From: Clostridia bacterium | GTDB lineage: Bacteria > Bacillota > Clostridia > Oscillospirales > CAG-272 | Direction of reading: 5' to 3' | Assembly: GCA_017503105.1 (NCBI GenBank) | Contig: JAFVTS010000014.1 | Span: 18,032 to 82,031 of the forward strand | DNA length: 64,000 nucleotides | Shown: positions 63,709-64,000 of the stretch, piece by piece | How positions within the stretch are numbered: the stretch's first letter is position 1 | Layout: each line of letters opens with the position of its first letter | The notes under the pieces: model-generated | What the model saw: only the letters and a program-made list of their open reading frames with translations | Databases searched by the model: none | What the model was told of the DNA's origin: nothing | Program-made: the position numbers and the translations under genes

Positions 63709-64000
63709 ATGAAAAGGCTTTTAAAATACTTAAAATACTACAAAAAAGAAACAGTTCTCGGTCCGCTTTTCAAGCTGCTTGAGGCAAGCCTTGAATTGAT
63801 AGTTCCGCTCATTATCGCGGCGGTGATAGACCGAGGTATTGCGACGGGCGATACCTCTTACGTCGTAAAGATGTGCCTGCTCCTCGTTTTGCTCGGGGCT
63901 GTCGGACTCTTTTTCTCGGTTACGGCACAGTACTTCGCGGCAAAGGCTTCGGTCGGCTTCGTCACAAGAGTCAGACACGCTCTTTTCGGGCATATGCAAA
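63709..64000 (+). CDS. ABC transporter permease/ATPase fusion (MsbA/multidrug-exporter type), 5' fragment
   Basis: The ATG at 63709 gives MKRLLKYLKYYKKETVLGPLFKLLEASLELIVPLIIAAVIDRGI..., a typical type-I exporter TMD N-terminus. It runs off the window. Confidence 0.75.
   Translation, partial: MKRLLKYLKYYKKETVLGPLFKLLEASLELIVPLIIAAVIDRGIATGDTSYVVKMCLLLVLLGAVGLFFSVTAQYFAAKASVGFVTRVRHALFGHMQ

Noticed and set aside
63730-63999. 89-aa minus-strand ORF at the window end
   Set aside because: It is antisense to a plus-strand ORF with a clear ABC-exporter TMD N-terminus starting at 63709.

Overview
The window looks like a chromosomal segment from a moderately GC-rich Firmicutes/Clostridia-type anaerobe. 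The supporting signals are PolC, a T-box leader, RicT, a clostridial 2x[4Fe-4S] ferredoxin, and consensus sigma-A promoters with TG extensions. Positions 1-20.8 kb carry conserved housekeeping genes: tatD-metG, holB-ricT-fdx-methyltransferase-rsmI, and the minus-strand block pyrH-[GH20-like insert]-frr-uppS-cdsA-dxr-rseP-ispG-polC-M20 peptidase. Positions 20.9-32 kb and 40-51.6 kb are carbohydrate-utilisation accessory DNA. It includes a split transketolase, a PHP hydrolase, a FucI-like isomerase, a cupin/DUF4867-like protein, two AraC regulators, GH2, GH42-like and DUF4091/GH123-like enzymes, uxaC, and a Gfo/Idh/MocA oxidoreductase. The rest holds ssrA (tmRNA), ddh, MATE and AEC transporters, nnr, a T-box-controlled thrS, and several poorly characterised genes. 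No transposase, integrase, CRISPR array, rRNA or tRNA gene was seen. Three loci are the best candidates for new biology. (1) A nearly identical, hairpin-saturated 154-nt tandem repeat sits between the GH2 stop codon and the 3' end of ssrA. (2) A promoter-to-terminator operon encodes a 1110-aa lipoprotein, a 404-aa helical lipoprotein and a MacB/FtsX-type ABC transporter. (3) A tightly coupled two-gene cassette pairs an HPr-kinase-like P-loop protein with a PD-(D/E)xK-like protein carrying a winged helix. All functional calls come from reading motifs by eye. No database search was run.
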